From a virus (Duplodnaviria; Heunggongvirae; Uroviricota; Caudoviricetes), in the IMG/VR virus record IMGVR_UViG_3300042869_000717, positions 14,208 to 78,207 of that record: a DNA stretch of 64,000 nucleotides. The stretch is one strand, 5' to 3'. Position 1 is the first letter of the stretch. Each line of letters opens with the position of its first letter. Under the pieces are notes generated by a model. The model was not told where the DNA came from. It saw only the letters and a list, made by a program, of their open reading frames with translations, and did not search any database. Below are positions 28,437 to 37,800 of this stretch, one piece after another. The translations under genes were made by a program, and so were the position numbers.

Positions 28437-28701
28437 TTTTATTTAAATCAATTATATTTCCGTAATGCCCTATTATGAATCTTAAAATATCCACTTTAAA
28501 GGGTTGTTTTTTATCCTTTGGTATTGAATCCTCAATCCATCTATCATACCATTCATCATTATACGTTAATAGTGTTTCACAAAACCTGTGACAAGACATC
28601 GCACCCATAATTGAACCTGCGGCGACATCCATTGGGTGCCACCAATCGACATATTTTTGGTGAGCATTTTTTAACACCAATAACCTCTCATCTCTACTCA
28701 T
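28429..28701 (-). CDS. hypothetical protein (track ORF 28429..28770 trimmed to internal Met)
   Basis: overlap with 28694..28978 otherwise 77 nt. Confidence 0.4.
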   Translation of the reverse strand: MSRDERLLVLKNAHQKYVDWWHPMDVAAGSIMGAMSCHRFCETLLTYNDEWYDRWIEDSIPKDKKQPFKVDILRFIIGHYGNIIDLNKNE

Positions 28702-28978
28702 TTCTATTTTGTTTTGATATGTAAAAATAAAGGGTTGTGATAGATTTCTCCCACTCTTTATACAATTCACTATTTGTGTTCATCTCATTATAGAATTCTT
28801 CTTTTGTTAGAAGTTCACCCGGATTAGGTGGTTGACAGGAATTATCCTTACTAAACGTTCCGTTTTGAAACATCGGATGAAGCCACCGAACGGTTGCCAT
28901 AGAATGTTCTACTTCATAACATTCATACACTTGGTCTATGGTCTCAACCATATTGGGGTCTATATTACTCATCATCAA
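28694..28978 (-). CDS. hypothetical protein
   Basis: ORF track 94 aa. Confidence 0.4.
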   Translation of the reverse strand: MMMSNIDPNMVETIDQVYECYEVEHSMATVRWLHPMFQNGTFSKDNSCQPPNPGELLTKEEFYNEMNTNSELYKEWEKSITTLYFYISKQNRNE

Positions 28979-29195
28979 ATCCCCCCTCTAATTCAAAATT
29001 TTCACCTTCTTCAACTTTATTATCAATGTATTCACGAAGTTCTTTCATATGTTGTAAGAACCCCAATCTTAATCTGTGGAATTCCTCATCTTTAATTTCA
29101 TCCCAATTGGAATAACTTTCAAAGCAGTAGTCAAAACCTTCTTCATCCATTCTGTATTGGACTGATTGCCAAATTTCTAATTCATCGTATGTCAT
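28965..29195 (-). CDS. hypothetical acidic protein
   Basis: ORF track 76 aa. Confidence 0.4.
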   Translation of the reverse strand: MTYDELEIWQSVQYRMDEEGFDYCFESYSNWDEIKDEEFHRLRLGFLQHMKELREYIDNKVEEGENFELEGGFDDE

Positions 29196-29629
29196 TATTC
29201 AACTATTTTATTTGAGTTATTATCTTTAATCTCAACAACCTTACCCACCATTTTAGATAATCCGGAAAACATTGTCTTTCTTCTTTCATCGTATATCTTT
29301 TTCAAATCATCTTGTCTACCATCACCGATGAAAGTTTTACTAACTAAATTTGTAAGAGTATTGTCAAGTTTTTCTTTAATACTCATTGGTGCTGATTCAA
29401 TTGGTATGAAGATAATTTTCTCAACATTATACTTATCAAATTTGAAGTTAAATTTTACTGACCTGGTATATTTTTCAATAACTTCCAACTCAACATTCAT
29501 ATAAACGGTTGGTCCTAACATATTCCAAAAAAGTTTACCATCTTTTTGAGGTTCAGGTAACTGAACTCGGATGTTGGAACCAATAATATTGTCCAACATA
29601 AACTCAATATATTTTTCTCTTATATCCAT
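29195..29629 (-). CDS. hypothetical protein
   Basis: ORF track 144 aa. Confidence 0.5.
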   Translation of the reverse strand: MDIREKYIEFMLDNIIGSNIRVQLPEPQKDGKLFWNMLGPTVYMNVELEVIEKYTRSVKFNFKFDKYNVEKIIFIPIESAPMSIKEKLDNTLTNLVSKTFIGDGRQDDLKKIYDERRKTMFSGLSKMVGKVVEIKDNNSNKIVE

Positions 29630-29630
29630 A

Positions 29631-29843
29631 TTACCAACTATTATAATCTGTTATGTCTTTTCTTATTGTCATAAACACTTTTTTTGGGCTTGTAATTACA
29701 ACCTCAACATTAAGTCCAATTCCGGTGTGAGAGATAAGATATTGAACTTTATAATCAACATCATCACCATATAATACTTTAATTGAATCAACTATTGTTT
29801 TTTGATTCTCTTTTTCTACTTCATTTAATTCAAAATTTCCCAT
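29631..29843 (-). CDS. hypothetical protein
   Basis: ORF track 70 aa. Confidence 0.4.
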   Translation of the reverse strand: MGNFELNEVEKENQKTIVDSIKVLYGDDVDYKVQYLISHTGIGLNVEVVITSPKKVFMTIRKDITDYNSW

Positions 29844-29985
29844 TATTTAAAAGGTTTAAATTCACATATGTCAAACCATCCATGGTCCAAGTTTTTGTGA
29901 TAATCATTATATGTCCAAGAACACTTCCATTCAGTTGTCACTTGAAAGTGCCATTTTAGAAATCTAATATTGAATTTTAGGTTGC

Positions 29986-30168
29986 TCATACGTTATTATA
30001 TTCTTGTAATTTGGATTTCATGTAATGAAATGCTTTTTCAATGGATGTATTAATATCCATTAATCTGTTTTCTTCCTTAATTTTGGTAGATAAGTCCAAA
30101 ACCTCTTTTCTAATCCCTAATGATTCGGCTTCCATTAGTAAATTAAAAATAAATTCTTCGTTTGTCAT
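29986..30168 (-). CDS. hypothetical small protein
   Basis: ORF track 60 aa. Confidence 0.35.
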   Translation of the reverse strand: MTNEEFIFNLLMEAESLGIRKEVLDLSTKIKEENRLMDINTSIEKAFHYMKSKLQEYNNV

Positions 30169-30428
30169 TTTTTGTGTTGTTTAGATTGTAACCATTGTTT
30201 AAAATTATTCATACAGTTTGATTCAAAGTCCTTTTCCGGAAATGAAGTTGTTTGATGATATTCATATCCATATTTGGATGATTTAATCATTTCCTCCTCA
30301 TTATATCCATTAGAATTCAATTTACCTAAATTATAAGAATCCACCATCGATTTAATGATGGATTCTTTGTCCAAAAATGAATTATGGACAATATTTGATT
30401 CGTAAATTTCTTCTAATTTTTGTTTCAT
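30165..30428 (-). CDS. hypothetical protein
   Basis: ORF track 87 aa. Confidence 0.4.
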   Translation of the reverse strand: MKQKLEEIYESNIVHNSFLDKESIIKSMVDSYNLGKLNSNGYNEEEMIKSSKYGYEYHQTTSFPEKDFESNCMNNFKQWLQSKQHKK

Positions 30429-31504
30429 GACTCACTATCTTTTTGCCAAAATGGTTTACTATATGTTGGACGTATTAGATTCCAAATATAGGAAGAATAA
30501 TCTTTTTTATCAAACATTTTAAATAAAATTGGTTGAGCAAATTTATCTTGTGTCATCACCCATTCGGCGAATGATTTTCTGTCGGTAACCGGTTCTTTGT
30601 CGTTGTATTTACCATACATATAGTAGTCAAATGTTTTTCCAACCCTTTCACCAATTTGGAAGTATGAATATCTTAAATCTTTAACAACATTTTTAACCCA
30701 CTTGTCAAATTCATCCGGAACACTATCCAAATATTCATTTATATCTTTACCATCTTTCAACACTTCCCAAATATTAATATTCGAAAACCCAGTTAAGATT
30801 CTATGGAGACGAACATAATTTTCTCCCTTTATTTTCATTCTAAACCCACTTCTAAATCTTATGACAAAACCTTCTTGATTATCCTTGATAATTGATTTGA
30901 GGGTCTTATAATCATCAATCCCATCATATCGTTTAACAACCGGAAACCCAACAACTTCACAAACTTGAATCAAAGAAGAATAATCAAATTCTTTTCCTGA
31001 AACATTACTAATCATAGTAAGTACTACCAAACTTTCATCATCACCATAATCACAAACAATACGATTCTCTTTGTAAATTATTTCTACTAATGTGGTGTAC
31101 CCTTTTGGAACTGGTTGGATGTCATATTTTTTTAATATTTCTCTACCTCTAATTGCTTGGTCTGAAGTGAATGAACCCTTACTTGCAAAAATCCATTGTC
31201 CTTCATACCAAAACAAAATCCCTAACGACCCATCCATTTTCTCAAACACTTCAAAAGTTTCATTTGGGATTTCACTTGGGTCATGTTCTTCCATATTGAA
31301 GAATTTACCAAATGGTTTGGCAACGACATTACCATCATTATCCAAAACAAGTCCTCGACAATTTTTGGTAATATTATCCCATTTACCCTCAAACTGAGTT
31401 TGTCTTGAGTAATTATATATTGCAATTGGAAGTGTTGGATGAGGGTTTTTCTCAATCAATCCTTCACTCACGTATCTGTCTATTATTTCTATATCAATTT
31501 TCAT
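30425..31504 (-). CDS. rnlA: ATP-dependent RNA ligase, T4 Rnl1-like (tRNA repair ligase family)
   Basis: IAIYNY ... CRGLVLDNDG ... KFFNMEE; EKMDGSLG (KxDG adenylation motif I); WIFASKGSFTSDQA; EGFVIRF...KIKGENYVRLH align with T4 Rnl1 motifs; start trimmed to MKIDIEI (upstream extension runs through terminator hairpin). Confidence 0.8.
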   Translation of the reverse strand: MKIDIEIIDRYVSEGLIEKNPHPTLPIAIYNYSRQTQFEGKWDNITKNCRGLVLDNDGNVVAKPFGKFFNMEEHDPSEIPNETFEVFEKMDGSLGILFWYEGQWIFASKGSFTSDQAIRGREILKKYDIQPVPKGYTTLVEIIYKENRIVCDYGDDESLVVLTMISNVSGKEFDYSSLIQVCEVVGFPVVKRYDGIDDYKTLKSIIKDNQEGFVIRFRSGFRMKIKGENYVRLHRILTGFSNINIWEVLKDGKDINEYLDSVPDEFDKWVKNVVKDLRYSYFQIGERVGKTFDYYMYGKYNDKEPVTDRKSFAEWVMTQDKFAQPILFKMFDKKDYSSYIWNLIRPTYSKPFWQKDSES

Positions 31505-31509
31505 GATGC

Positions 31510-31546
31510 AAATATAAAAAAAAATCCCCAATAAATGGGGATTTTT
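31510..31546 (-). terminator. hairpin terminator (AAATCCCCA-ATAA-ATGGGGATTT) with flanking A/T runs
   Basis: between SPFH gene end and rnl start. Confidence 0.7.
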
Positions 31547-31565
31547 AAAATATTTTATTTTTTTT

Positions 31566-32420
31566 TTATCTATTAAGAAGTATTCCGGATGTAGAACCAA
31601 AAACATTGTTTTGTCCGTAAGGAGATTTACCTTTTTCAGCCCATACTCTTTCAGTTTCTGCTCTGTATAACTCTAACAATTTAGGTTGAGATAATATCTC
31701 TTTTGTTTTGGCGTCGTATAATGCCGCTTCATAATTACCTTTCGCCAACGCAACTTTCTTAAGTGCCGTTTGTTCTGCTTGAATTGTTTGAGATTTAATC
31801 GTTGCCGTTTCTTGGATTACTTTAATTTTAGTCTCAATTGCCTTTCTATAAGACGCAGGAATATCCATTTTTAAGACTGCGATGTTATTTAATATGAACC
31901 CTTCTTTTTCTAATGCTTTTTCCAAAGTTCTTGTGACATTTGCTTCATATACATTTCTATGTTGGAGTAAACTATCGGATGCGAAACTAACCGCATTATC
32001 TAATAATTCTTTTCTTACAATATTACGAACTCTTGTTTCAATTAATTCTTCCATACCTACACGATATTTTGTGAATAACATTGTCGCTGATTCTCGTTTT
32101 AATTGAAGGTTAATTGCAACATCCAATCCAAAAGTGGCACCATCACCCGAAGTTACATCAATATGTTCATCTGTTGGTGAATCTTCATCTACTGATGATG
32201 TCCATACTTTATGTTGAACTGATGTTGGATACATATACACATCTTGTGTTGGTGGGAAATACATAATAAGACCCGACGCCATTTCAATATTTGGAACCCC
32301 CTTGTCGTTTCCAATCTGATTCACTACTAATGCGACTTCCGCTGAGTCCGCAATTTTACAAGAACTAACTCCTACAATAAACAATAACACTACTCCTACA
32401 ATAATTAAAATTCTACTCAT
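31566..32420 (-). CDS. SPFH/band-7 (stomatin/prohibitin-like) domain lipoprotein
   Basis: signal peptide with lipobox LLFIVGVSSC; SPFH-like core and C-terminal coiled coil. Confidence 0.7.
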   Translation of the reverse strand: MSRILIIVGVVLLFIVGVSSCKIADSAEVALVVNQIGNDKGVPNIEMASGLIMYFPPTQDVYMYPTSVQHKVWTSSVDEDSPTDEHIDVTSGDGATFGLDVAINLQLKRESATMLFTKYRVGMEELIETRVRNIVRKELLDNAVSFASDSLLQHRNVYEANVTRTLEKALEKEGFILNNIAVLKMDIPASYRKAIETKIKVIQETATIKSQTIQAEQTALKKVALAKGNYEAALYDAKTKEILSQPKLLELYRAETERVWAEKGKSPYGQNNVFGSTSGILLNR

Positions 32421-32724
32421 CTTTCTTTGGTTTTAAATTTTTTTCTTTTTTACTTTTTTTCTTTTTTTTAGGTGTTTCTGTCTGAACCTCTTCAGTTGGA
32501 ATTTCTTCCGGTACAATCTCAGGTTGTTTATTCCAACTTGATATTAAATTGTAAGTGTAATTAACCAATGTGATAATTCCAAAAATTTGTGACCCGAATA
32601 AAATTAACCCAGCCCCCAATGAAAAAGTATCCGGTTGATTGATTAAATGGAATGACATTATGGTTGTTTGGCATAGGATTAAAAATAATAAAATTAATCC
32701 GATACTGATTGCGACTCTCTTCAT
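32413..32724 (-). CDS. membrane protein with lysine-rich C-terminal tail (possible NfeD-like SPFH partner)
   Basis: 2-3 TM helices then PKKKKKSKKEKNLKPKK. Confidence 0.45.
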   Translation of the reverse strand: MKRVAISIGLILLFLILCQTTIMSFHLINQPDTFSLGAGLILFGSQIFGIITLVNYTYNLISSWNKQPEIVPEEIPTEEVQTETPKKKKKSKKEKNLKPKKDE

Positions 32725-32725
32725 G

Positions 32726-32944
32726 TTATTTGATGATTGTCATGTTTGTGTTGGCAATTGGAAATCTTGCGACAGGAACTCGAGTGTCTCCCCATTCAAT
32801 TGATTGTACTACTTCGTAATACCCCTCCGGTGCGATTCGAACTGTCGGAACCTTATCGAATTCATATAAGATTGTTGAATCTGATGTTCTACCTTCAGTT
32901 ACTTTAACTGTTTTGGTGTTTGTGTTAAAAACTAATGTTTGCAT
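32726..32944 (-). CDS. hypothetical small protein
   Basis: ORF track 72 aa, immediately upstream of membrane/SPFH pair. Confidence 0.4.
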   Translation of the reverse strand: MQTLVFNTNTKTVKVTEGRTSDSTILYEFDKVPTVRIAPEGYYEVVQSIEWGDTRVPVARFPIANTNMTIIK

Positions 32945-32984
32945 ATATTTTTATTTTTGTTTGACAAAGGTAAGTCATTTAAAT

Positions 32985-33482
32985 TTACTTGCCTAATTTA
33001 TTTTGATATTTTTTTAATCGTTTTTTAATTTTCTTGGAAACTTCTTTATTTCTCGCTTTGTCTTTTAATGAAAGATATTTTGAGTAAGACTCTTTAGTTA
33101 ATTTTATTAACTCAGCGTTTTCATCATCTGATAAATCAAATGAAATATGACCACAAGTTATTTTTGTTGTAAAGATATAACTCGTGATTATTGATGTAAA
33201 TTTCTTAAACCCAAAATATTTGGTCTTGTATGGTTCTAATTTAGCCGTGTAATTAGTTATTGTGTATATTTTGATACTTGGTTCACCATCCTCAAATTTT
33301 AACGCAAAATCTAATAAATCAACATCAATTGTTTCTTTACTATCACAATTACTTTTAATTTCTAAAGTATTTTTTTTATAGGGGGGTCCATCATACCAAC
33401 TATAACCACAATCGTGGAAGATATTATCTCCACCTACATTTTCTAATTCTTTATGAATTAATTCTAAAATTTTTTCTTTCAT
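32985..33482 (-). CDS. hypothetical protein
   Basis: ORF track 165 aa. Confidence 0.5.
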   Translation of the reverse strand: MKEKILELIHKELENVGGDNIFHDCGYSWYDGPPYKKNTLEIKSNCDSKETIDVDLLDFALKFEDGEPSIKIYTITNYTAKLEPYKTKYFGFKKFTSIITSYIFTTKITCGHISFDLSDDENAELIKLTKESYSKYLSLKDKARNKEVSKKIKKRLKKYQNKLGK

Positions 33483-33766
33483 GTTATTTTAACTTTATCT
33501 AATCTATCTATTAACCACTCTTCATTAACATAATCCGGTCTTTCCCCTAAAATAATTTTATCAATTGTTTCACCAAGAATTTCCATTAACATTGATTTAA
33601 TTTCTGAAGGGGCGTCCACGGCATTATAAAGAAAACAATCCTGAATCATCTCATAAGTTAATGGAACTTCAATAATAACTCGTTTGGGAATTAAATTCCC
33701 TTCCTTATCAAAATGATTTTCTTCTATTCTTGTTTTATACATATTACTTTCTTTTTCGACCTTCAT
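33479..33766 (-). CDS. hypothetical protein
   Basis: ORF track 95 aa. Confidence 0.45.
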   Translation of the reverse strand: MKVEKESNMYKTRIEENHFDKEGNLIPKRVIIEVPLTYEMIQDCFLYNAVDAPSEIKSMLMEILGETIDKIILGERPDYVNEEWLIDRLDKVKIT

Positions 33767-34406
33767 CGGTCATTACTTCATCTGTGTGGTGGTCATCATC
33801 CATATTAGAAAGAATTTCTCTCGTTTTAACAATCTTAATAACATTATCTAACGAGTATGGCATAAAAAACATATTACCATCAATTCCAACATCCATTCTC
33901 CTTCCTTTACCAAATACTTTTTGTTGAGGTAGATGACAATGTCCGTGTAAGTGGATGTGTCCTTTGTTTAATCCATCCCAAGAATCAATAGGGTAGTGCA
34001 TTAAAACCAAAGTATCGAATTTATACATCAATTTTGTGTAGTGATTTACACTTGCAAACATTTCTTGACAATCCTCTCGGTTGTTCTCAATGTGGTGGTC
34101 GTGATTCCCTAATATAAGGTGAATCTCTTTACATACAATTCTATCTCTAAAAATTTTTACATTTTCAAAGCCGCCAAAACTCCAATCACCCAAGTGAATT
34201 AAAACATCGTCTTGACCAACAACACTATTAATGTTATTCACAATAATGTCGTTCATCTGTCCAATAGTTTCAAAATCTCTTGTTTGACTTTCAGGAATTG
34301 ACCCATCAGGTAATCTCCATGCCGTTACACCTCGACATATATTCTTATGTCCAAAGTGAGTGTCGGATACAATCCAAACTTTTCTATGTTTTTCTATCTT
34401 AATCAT
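33744..34406 (-). CDS. calcineurin-like metallophosphoesterase (second copy)
   Basis: VSDTHFGH ... HLGDW ... LGNHDHH ... HLHGHCH motifs. Confidence 0.8.
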   Translation of the reverse strand: MIKIEKHRKVWIVSDTHFGHKNICRGVTAWRLPDGSIPESQTRDFETIGQMNDIIVNNINSVVGQDDVLIHLGDWSFGGFENVKIFRDRIVCKEIHLILGNHDHHIENNREDCQEMFASVNHYTKLMYKFDTLVLMHYPIDSWDGLNKGHIHLHGHCHLPQQKVFGKGRRMDVGIDGNMFFMPYSLDNVIKIVKTREILSNMDDDHHTDEVMTDEGRKRK

Positions 34407-34614
34407 AGGGCAAAGATATTAAATTAAATTGGAATAAAAAAATTTTGAAGAAAAAAAACAAGTGGGGTTAATGTTAGGCGAAAAGTAAATTACCAGTGAA
34501 CTATCAAATGAATTATTAACCCCCTCACTTGTGTCTTACAAATATAATTATGTATTTTCGTTATGTCAAATATAAAAAAAAGGAAATGTTGTGTATTTAT
34601 ATTAAAACTAATTT

Positions 34615-35658
34615 ATGAGAACAAATTACGGAATAGGTCAATTATCTGCAGCTGAAAAGTCTGACATACTAGACCAACACAAAAGTTTATACAACGGTTA
34701 TCAAACAATGCAACCTGAAGTATCAAATACTCAACCATTATATGTGTTTGACCCGGCAGGTGATAAACACGGACTTGTTGTCAATAATAAAGGTGAAGTT
34801 AAAAGATATACAAACATGGGAATCAACGAACAGGTTGAAACTAAAGAAGTTTGTGATGAATGTGGAGCTATGATGACTGAAGGTATGTGTACCGAATGTA
34901 ATTATGGACACATGGAAGAAGAAACAGGTCATTTGGATGACATATATGATGAAGAAGATTTAAATCCAACTGCAGGGTTTGATTACATTGAAGGTTCATC
35001 AAACAATGTTGACACATTCAAAGGAAGAAATAAGAATCTATATAAAGAAGACGATGTTATTGATGATGATGGTTTTGAAGATGAAGAATTAGAAACAGAT
35101 GAATTAGACGAACAAGGTGGAAACGCTGATGATATGAATGTTGATTCAGTTGAACCTGCATATGATTTTGACTCAAATGGGCCAGGTAGTGTTTATCCGG
35201 TTAACGAATATGATGATGAGGAAGAAGTTGAATATGAGAAAATGGAGTCTGCGTGGGCAGATGAAGAAATAGATGAAGTAGATGTTTCAGGTTCCCAAGG
35301 AATCTACGCAGATATGGACAGAGCATACGACTTTGATAGTGAAGGACCAGGTAAAGCGGGGCCATACCAAAGATTCAGTTATAATGAAGACGACGAAGAT
35401 GAATTTATGGATTATGATGGAGATGATGCATCAACTTGGCCAGGAGCTAATTATGGTGATGAGGACGAAGACGAAGATGATGATTCATTTGACTTAGACC
35501 TTGATAAATTCGACCCGAGAGATAAATCATGGGAAGAAATCAAAGCTCACACCGGTGATGATGATTGGAGTGAAATTGATGAAGACATTATGGAAGACTT
35601 CACATCACAAAAAAATAAAATCTCGGAGATGTTTAACAGAATGAGTAAATTTAAATAA
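34615..35658 (+). CDS. highly acidic protein with CxxC...CxxC zinc ribbon and internal YDFDS-GPG repeats
   Basis: CDECGAMMTEGMCTEC; D/E-rich; two repeats YDFDSNGPGS / YDFDSEGPGK. Confidence 0.6.
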   Translation: MRTNYGIGQLSAAEKSDILDQHKSLYNGYQTMQPEVSNTQPLYVFDPAGDKHGLVVNNKGEVKRYTNMGINEQVETKEVCDECGAMMTEGMCTECNYGHMEEETGHLDDIYDEEDLNPTAGFDYIEGSSNNVDTFKGRNKNLYKEDDVIDDDGFEDEELETDELDEQGGNADDMNVDSVEPAYDFDSNGPGSVYPVNEYDDEEEVEYEKMESAWADEEIDEVDVSGSQGIYADMDRAYDFDSEGPGKAGPYQRFSYNEDDEDEFMDYDGDDASTWPGANYGDEDEDEDDDSFDLDLDKFDPRDKSWEEIKAHTGDDDWSEIDEDIMEDFTSQKNKISEMFNRMSKFK

Positions 35659-35661
35659 AAC

Positions 35662-35699
35662 AAACAACCCCTCTAACCGGAGGGGTTGTTTGTTTTTTG
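35662..35699 (+). terminator. rho-independent terminator (AACAACCCCTC-TAACC-GGAGGGGTTGTT + T)
   Basis: long GC stem + T-run; core CCCCTCTAACCGGAGGGG repeated at 37086-37107. Confidence 0.8.
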
Positions 35700-35716
35700 A
35701 AAGATATTTATAAATT

Positions 35717-37072
35717 ATGAGAATAGTTATAACAGAACAAGAAAAAAAAGACATTTTATCTTCCTATATTTTAATCGAAAATGTTAAACAAGCTAGAAAA
35801 TACGTTGAATTAAACCTACTTCCTAAAGATATATTAGAAAAACTAATATCTATTGACCCATCTAAAACAAATAAATATGTTGGATGGATGTCTAAAATAT
35901 GGATGAGTGAACAACCAGATTTAGACCAATTAAGAAATACGATTGAGGAATACGATGTTTTTTTAAATAAAGGTAAAACTAAAACAAAAGATATTAATCA
36001 GTTTAAAACTTTTAAAGATTTATATTCTGAGGTAGATGGTTTAAACCAATCAAGTGAAGGTGTTTCAAATAAAGGTTTAGAGTCGGATTATGACACAGTA
36101 GTAAATAATGAAGATTTACTAATTATGTCACCTCATACACACGAGGCGTCAAGAAAATTAGGGTTATCTCACTTCTCTTTTAGAGATTGTGGTAACGGTA
36201 AAAAAGATTCGGCTTGGTGTACAACTTTTAAATCGCCTGACCACTTTAATGACTATTACTATAAAAATAACGTAACTTTTTACTATATTAAGGTAAAATC
36301 ACCACAAATGATTGAAAAGTTAAAAGAGTCATTTCCTAACCGATGGGAAAAGATGGTAGTAGTGGCATTGGCGGTACTTAGTAATGGAACTATAGATGGT
36401 TATAATGGGTCAGATTTACAAATTAACTCTAAAGATATTCAAACATTTATATCTATACTAAACCTAAATAATATATTTGTTACAAGACGTTCGACTGGGG
36501 AACGTTCTAAAAATCATCAAATCGCTGAACAAAAGAAAATACAAAAATATATTAAAGATGGGTCTAAAGGAGATTTAATTCTTAACTCAACCAATACTTT
36601 AGGTGATTTAACATCAGTTGATGGAAGACTTGTATTAAATAATTGTAATTTTAAATCTTTAGAAAACTTAAAAAGTGTTACATCGTTAGAAATTCGTAAT
36701 TGTCCTAATTTAAAATCATTAAATATGTTAAAATATGTAAATATTTTAGTGATTTCTGAGACATCAATTGAAAATTTAGGTGTTGTAACATTCGCCGAAA
36801 TGATAGATATCCAACATTGTCCTAATTTAGAATCTTTGGGTAATATAAAATCGGCAAAATATATAAGAATTATGAATTGCCTTAATTTAAAGTCTTTGGG
36901 GAAATTAGAATCGGTAGAAAATTTATTTATCCAAAATTGCCCAATTAAGACTTTTGGTGAATTAAAAAGTGTGGGAGAAAATTTAAATATTATGCAAACA
37001 CCATTATCTAAAAAACATAATGAAAACGAAATAAGAAAAATGATTAATGTTGGTGGTGATATTAAACTTTAA
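35717..37072 (+). CDS. multi-domain protein: MRIVITEQE leader, 'WCTT' domain, C-terminal leucine-rich repeats (NCPNLKSL-type)
   Basis: N-terminus MRIVITEQEKKDIL; WCTT block shared with 21535..22707; ~6 LRR-like 22-aa repeats LxNCPNLKSLxxLKxV. Confidence 0.65.
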   Translation: MRIVITEQEKKDILSSYILIENVKQARKYVELNLLPKDILEKLISIDPSKTNKYVGWMSKIWMSEQPDLDQLRNTIEEYDVFLNKGKTKTKDINQFKTFKDLYSEVDGLNQSSEGVSNKGLESDYDTVVNNEDLLIMSPHTHEASRKLGLSHFSFRDCGNGKKDSAWCTTFKSPDHFNDYYYKNNVTFYYIKVKSPQMIEKLKESFPNRWEKMVVVALAVLSNGTIDGYNGSDLQINSKDIQTFISILNLNNIFVTRRSTGERSKNHQIAEQKKIQKYIKDGSKGDLILNSTNTLGDLTSVDGRLVLNNCNFKSLENLKSVTSLEIRNCPNLKSLNMLKYVNILVISETSIENLGVVTFAEMIDIQHCPNLESLGNIKSAKYIRIMNCLNLKSLGKLESVENLFIQNCPIKTFGELKSVGENLNIMQTPLSKKHNENEIRKMINVGGDIKL

Positions 37073-37084
37073 AACTAATTTAAT

Positions 37085-37112
37085 AAACCCCTCTAACCGG
37101 AGGGGTTTTTTA
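37085..37112 (+). terminator. rho-independent terminator (AACCCCTC-TAACC-GGAGGGGTT + T6)
   Basis: same hairpin core as 35664-35690. Confidence 0.8.
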
Positions 37113-37159
37113 TGCGATTTAGTGATAAAAATATTGTCTTTTGAGATATTTTAACATAT

Positions 37160-37486
37160 TTGTTTATAAAAGTTATTATGGAAATTAAAGAAATTATATC
37201 ATATTATTTGAACGGAGAGACTAATATGATTGAGGTATCATTTAGAACTATAGATGATGAAGAAGATGTGTTAAGAAATGACACAATCGATTATAGTATT
37301 GTTGAGGAATACGGATTTGACCTTGTCACAGAAACATTCGATTTTTTCGGAGATGATGAGGACGATTTTGAAGGGGGAATTTTTGAACATGAGACAATCG
37401 AATTAGATGAAGATGAACTAATCATATTCTTAAATGAATATTATTTAATTAACCCACTCCAATTACCAAAAAATGAGTTTTATTAA
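37160..37486 (+). CDS. acidic hypothetical protein
   Basis: ORF track 108 aa. Confidence 0.45.
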   Translation: MFIKVIMEIKEIISYYLNGETNMIEVSFRTIDDEEDVLRNDTIDYSIVEEYGFDLVTETFDFFGDDEDDFEGGIFEHETIELDEDELIIFLNEYYLINPLQLPKNEFY

Positions 37487-37518
37487 CTATTTATTTAAAT
37501 AACAAAAAAATATTAAAA

Positions 37519-37767
37519 ATGGTTAGAGATATTAATGCACTTATCGACTTCTTTAAAAAATACACTTCAGATAGTGAACCAAGGGAAGAAATGGAAGAAC
37601 AAGACGATGCTGCGGCATCAACTCCCTCATCTGGAGGTGGTGGAGGGTCAATACCTAAATGGGAAGATACATATACATTAACTCGAGGTAAAGCAAATCC
37701 ACTAATGAAATCAGGTCAAAAATGGCAAACTGGATTAACCCGAGGTGCTGCTAATCAGATTTGGTAA
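37519..37767 (+). CDS. hypothetical protein
   Basis: ORF track 82 aa. Confidence 0.45.
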   Translation: MVRDINALIDFFKKYTSDSEPREEMEEQDDAAASTPSSGGGGGSIPKWEDTYTLTRGKANPLMKSGQKWQTGLTRGAANQIW

Positions 37768-37800
37768 TAACAACATATTTATAATTAAAATACTTTAAAG

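Noticed and set aside
28429-28978. Deaminase (dCMP/cytidine) call for the overlapping pair 28429..28978
   Set aside because: HxE...PCxxC zinc-binding spacing not satisfied; the Cys/His residues present do not align to the CDA fold
31505-31606. N-terminal extension of the RNA ligase ORF (30425..31606)
   Set aside because: Extension spans terminator hairpin 31522-31544 and overlaps the SPFH gene end; T4 Rnl1 alignment begins at MKIDIEI (31504)
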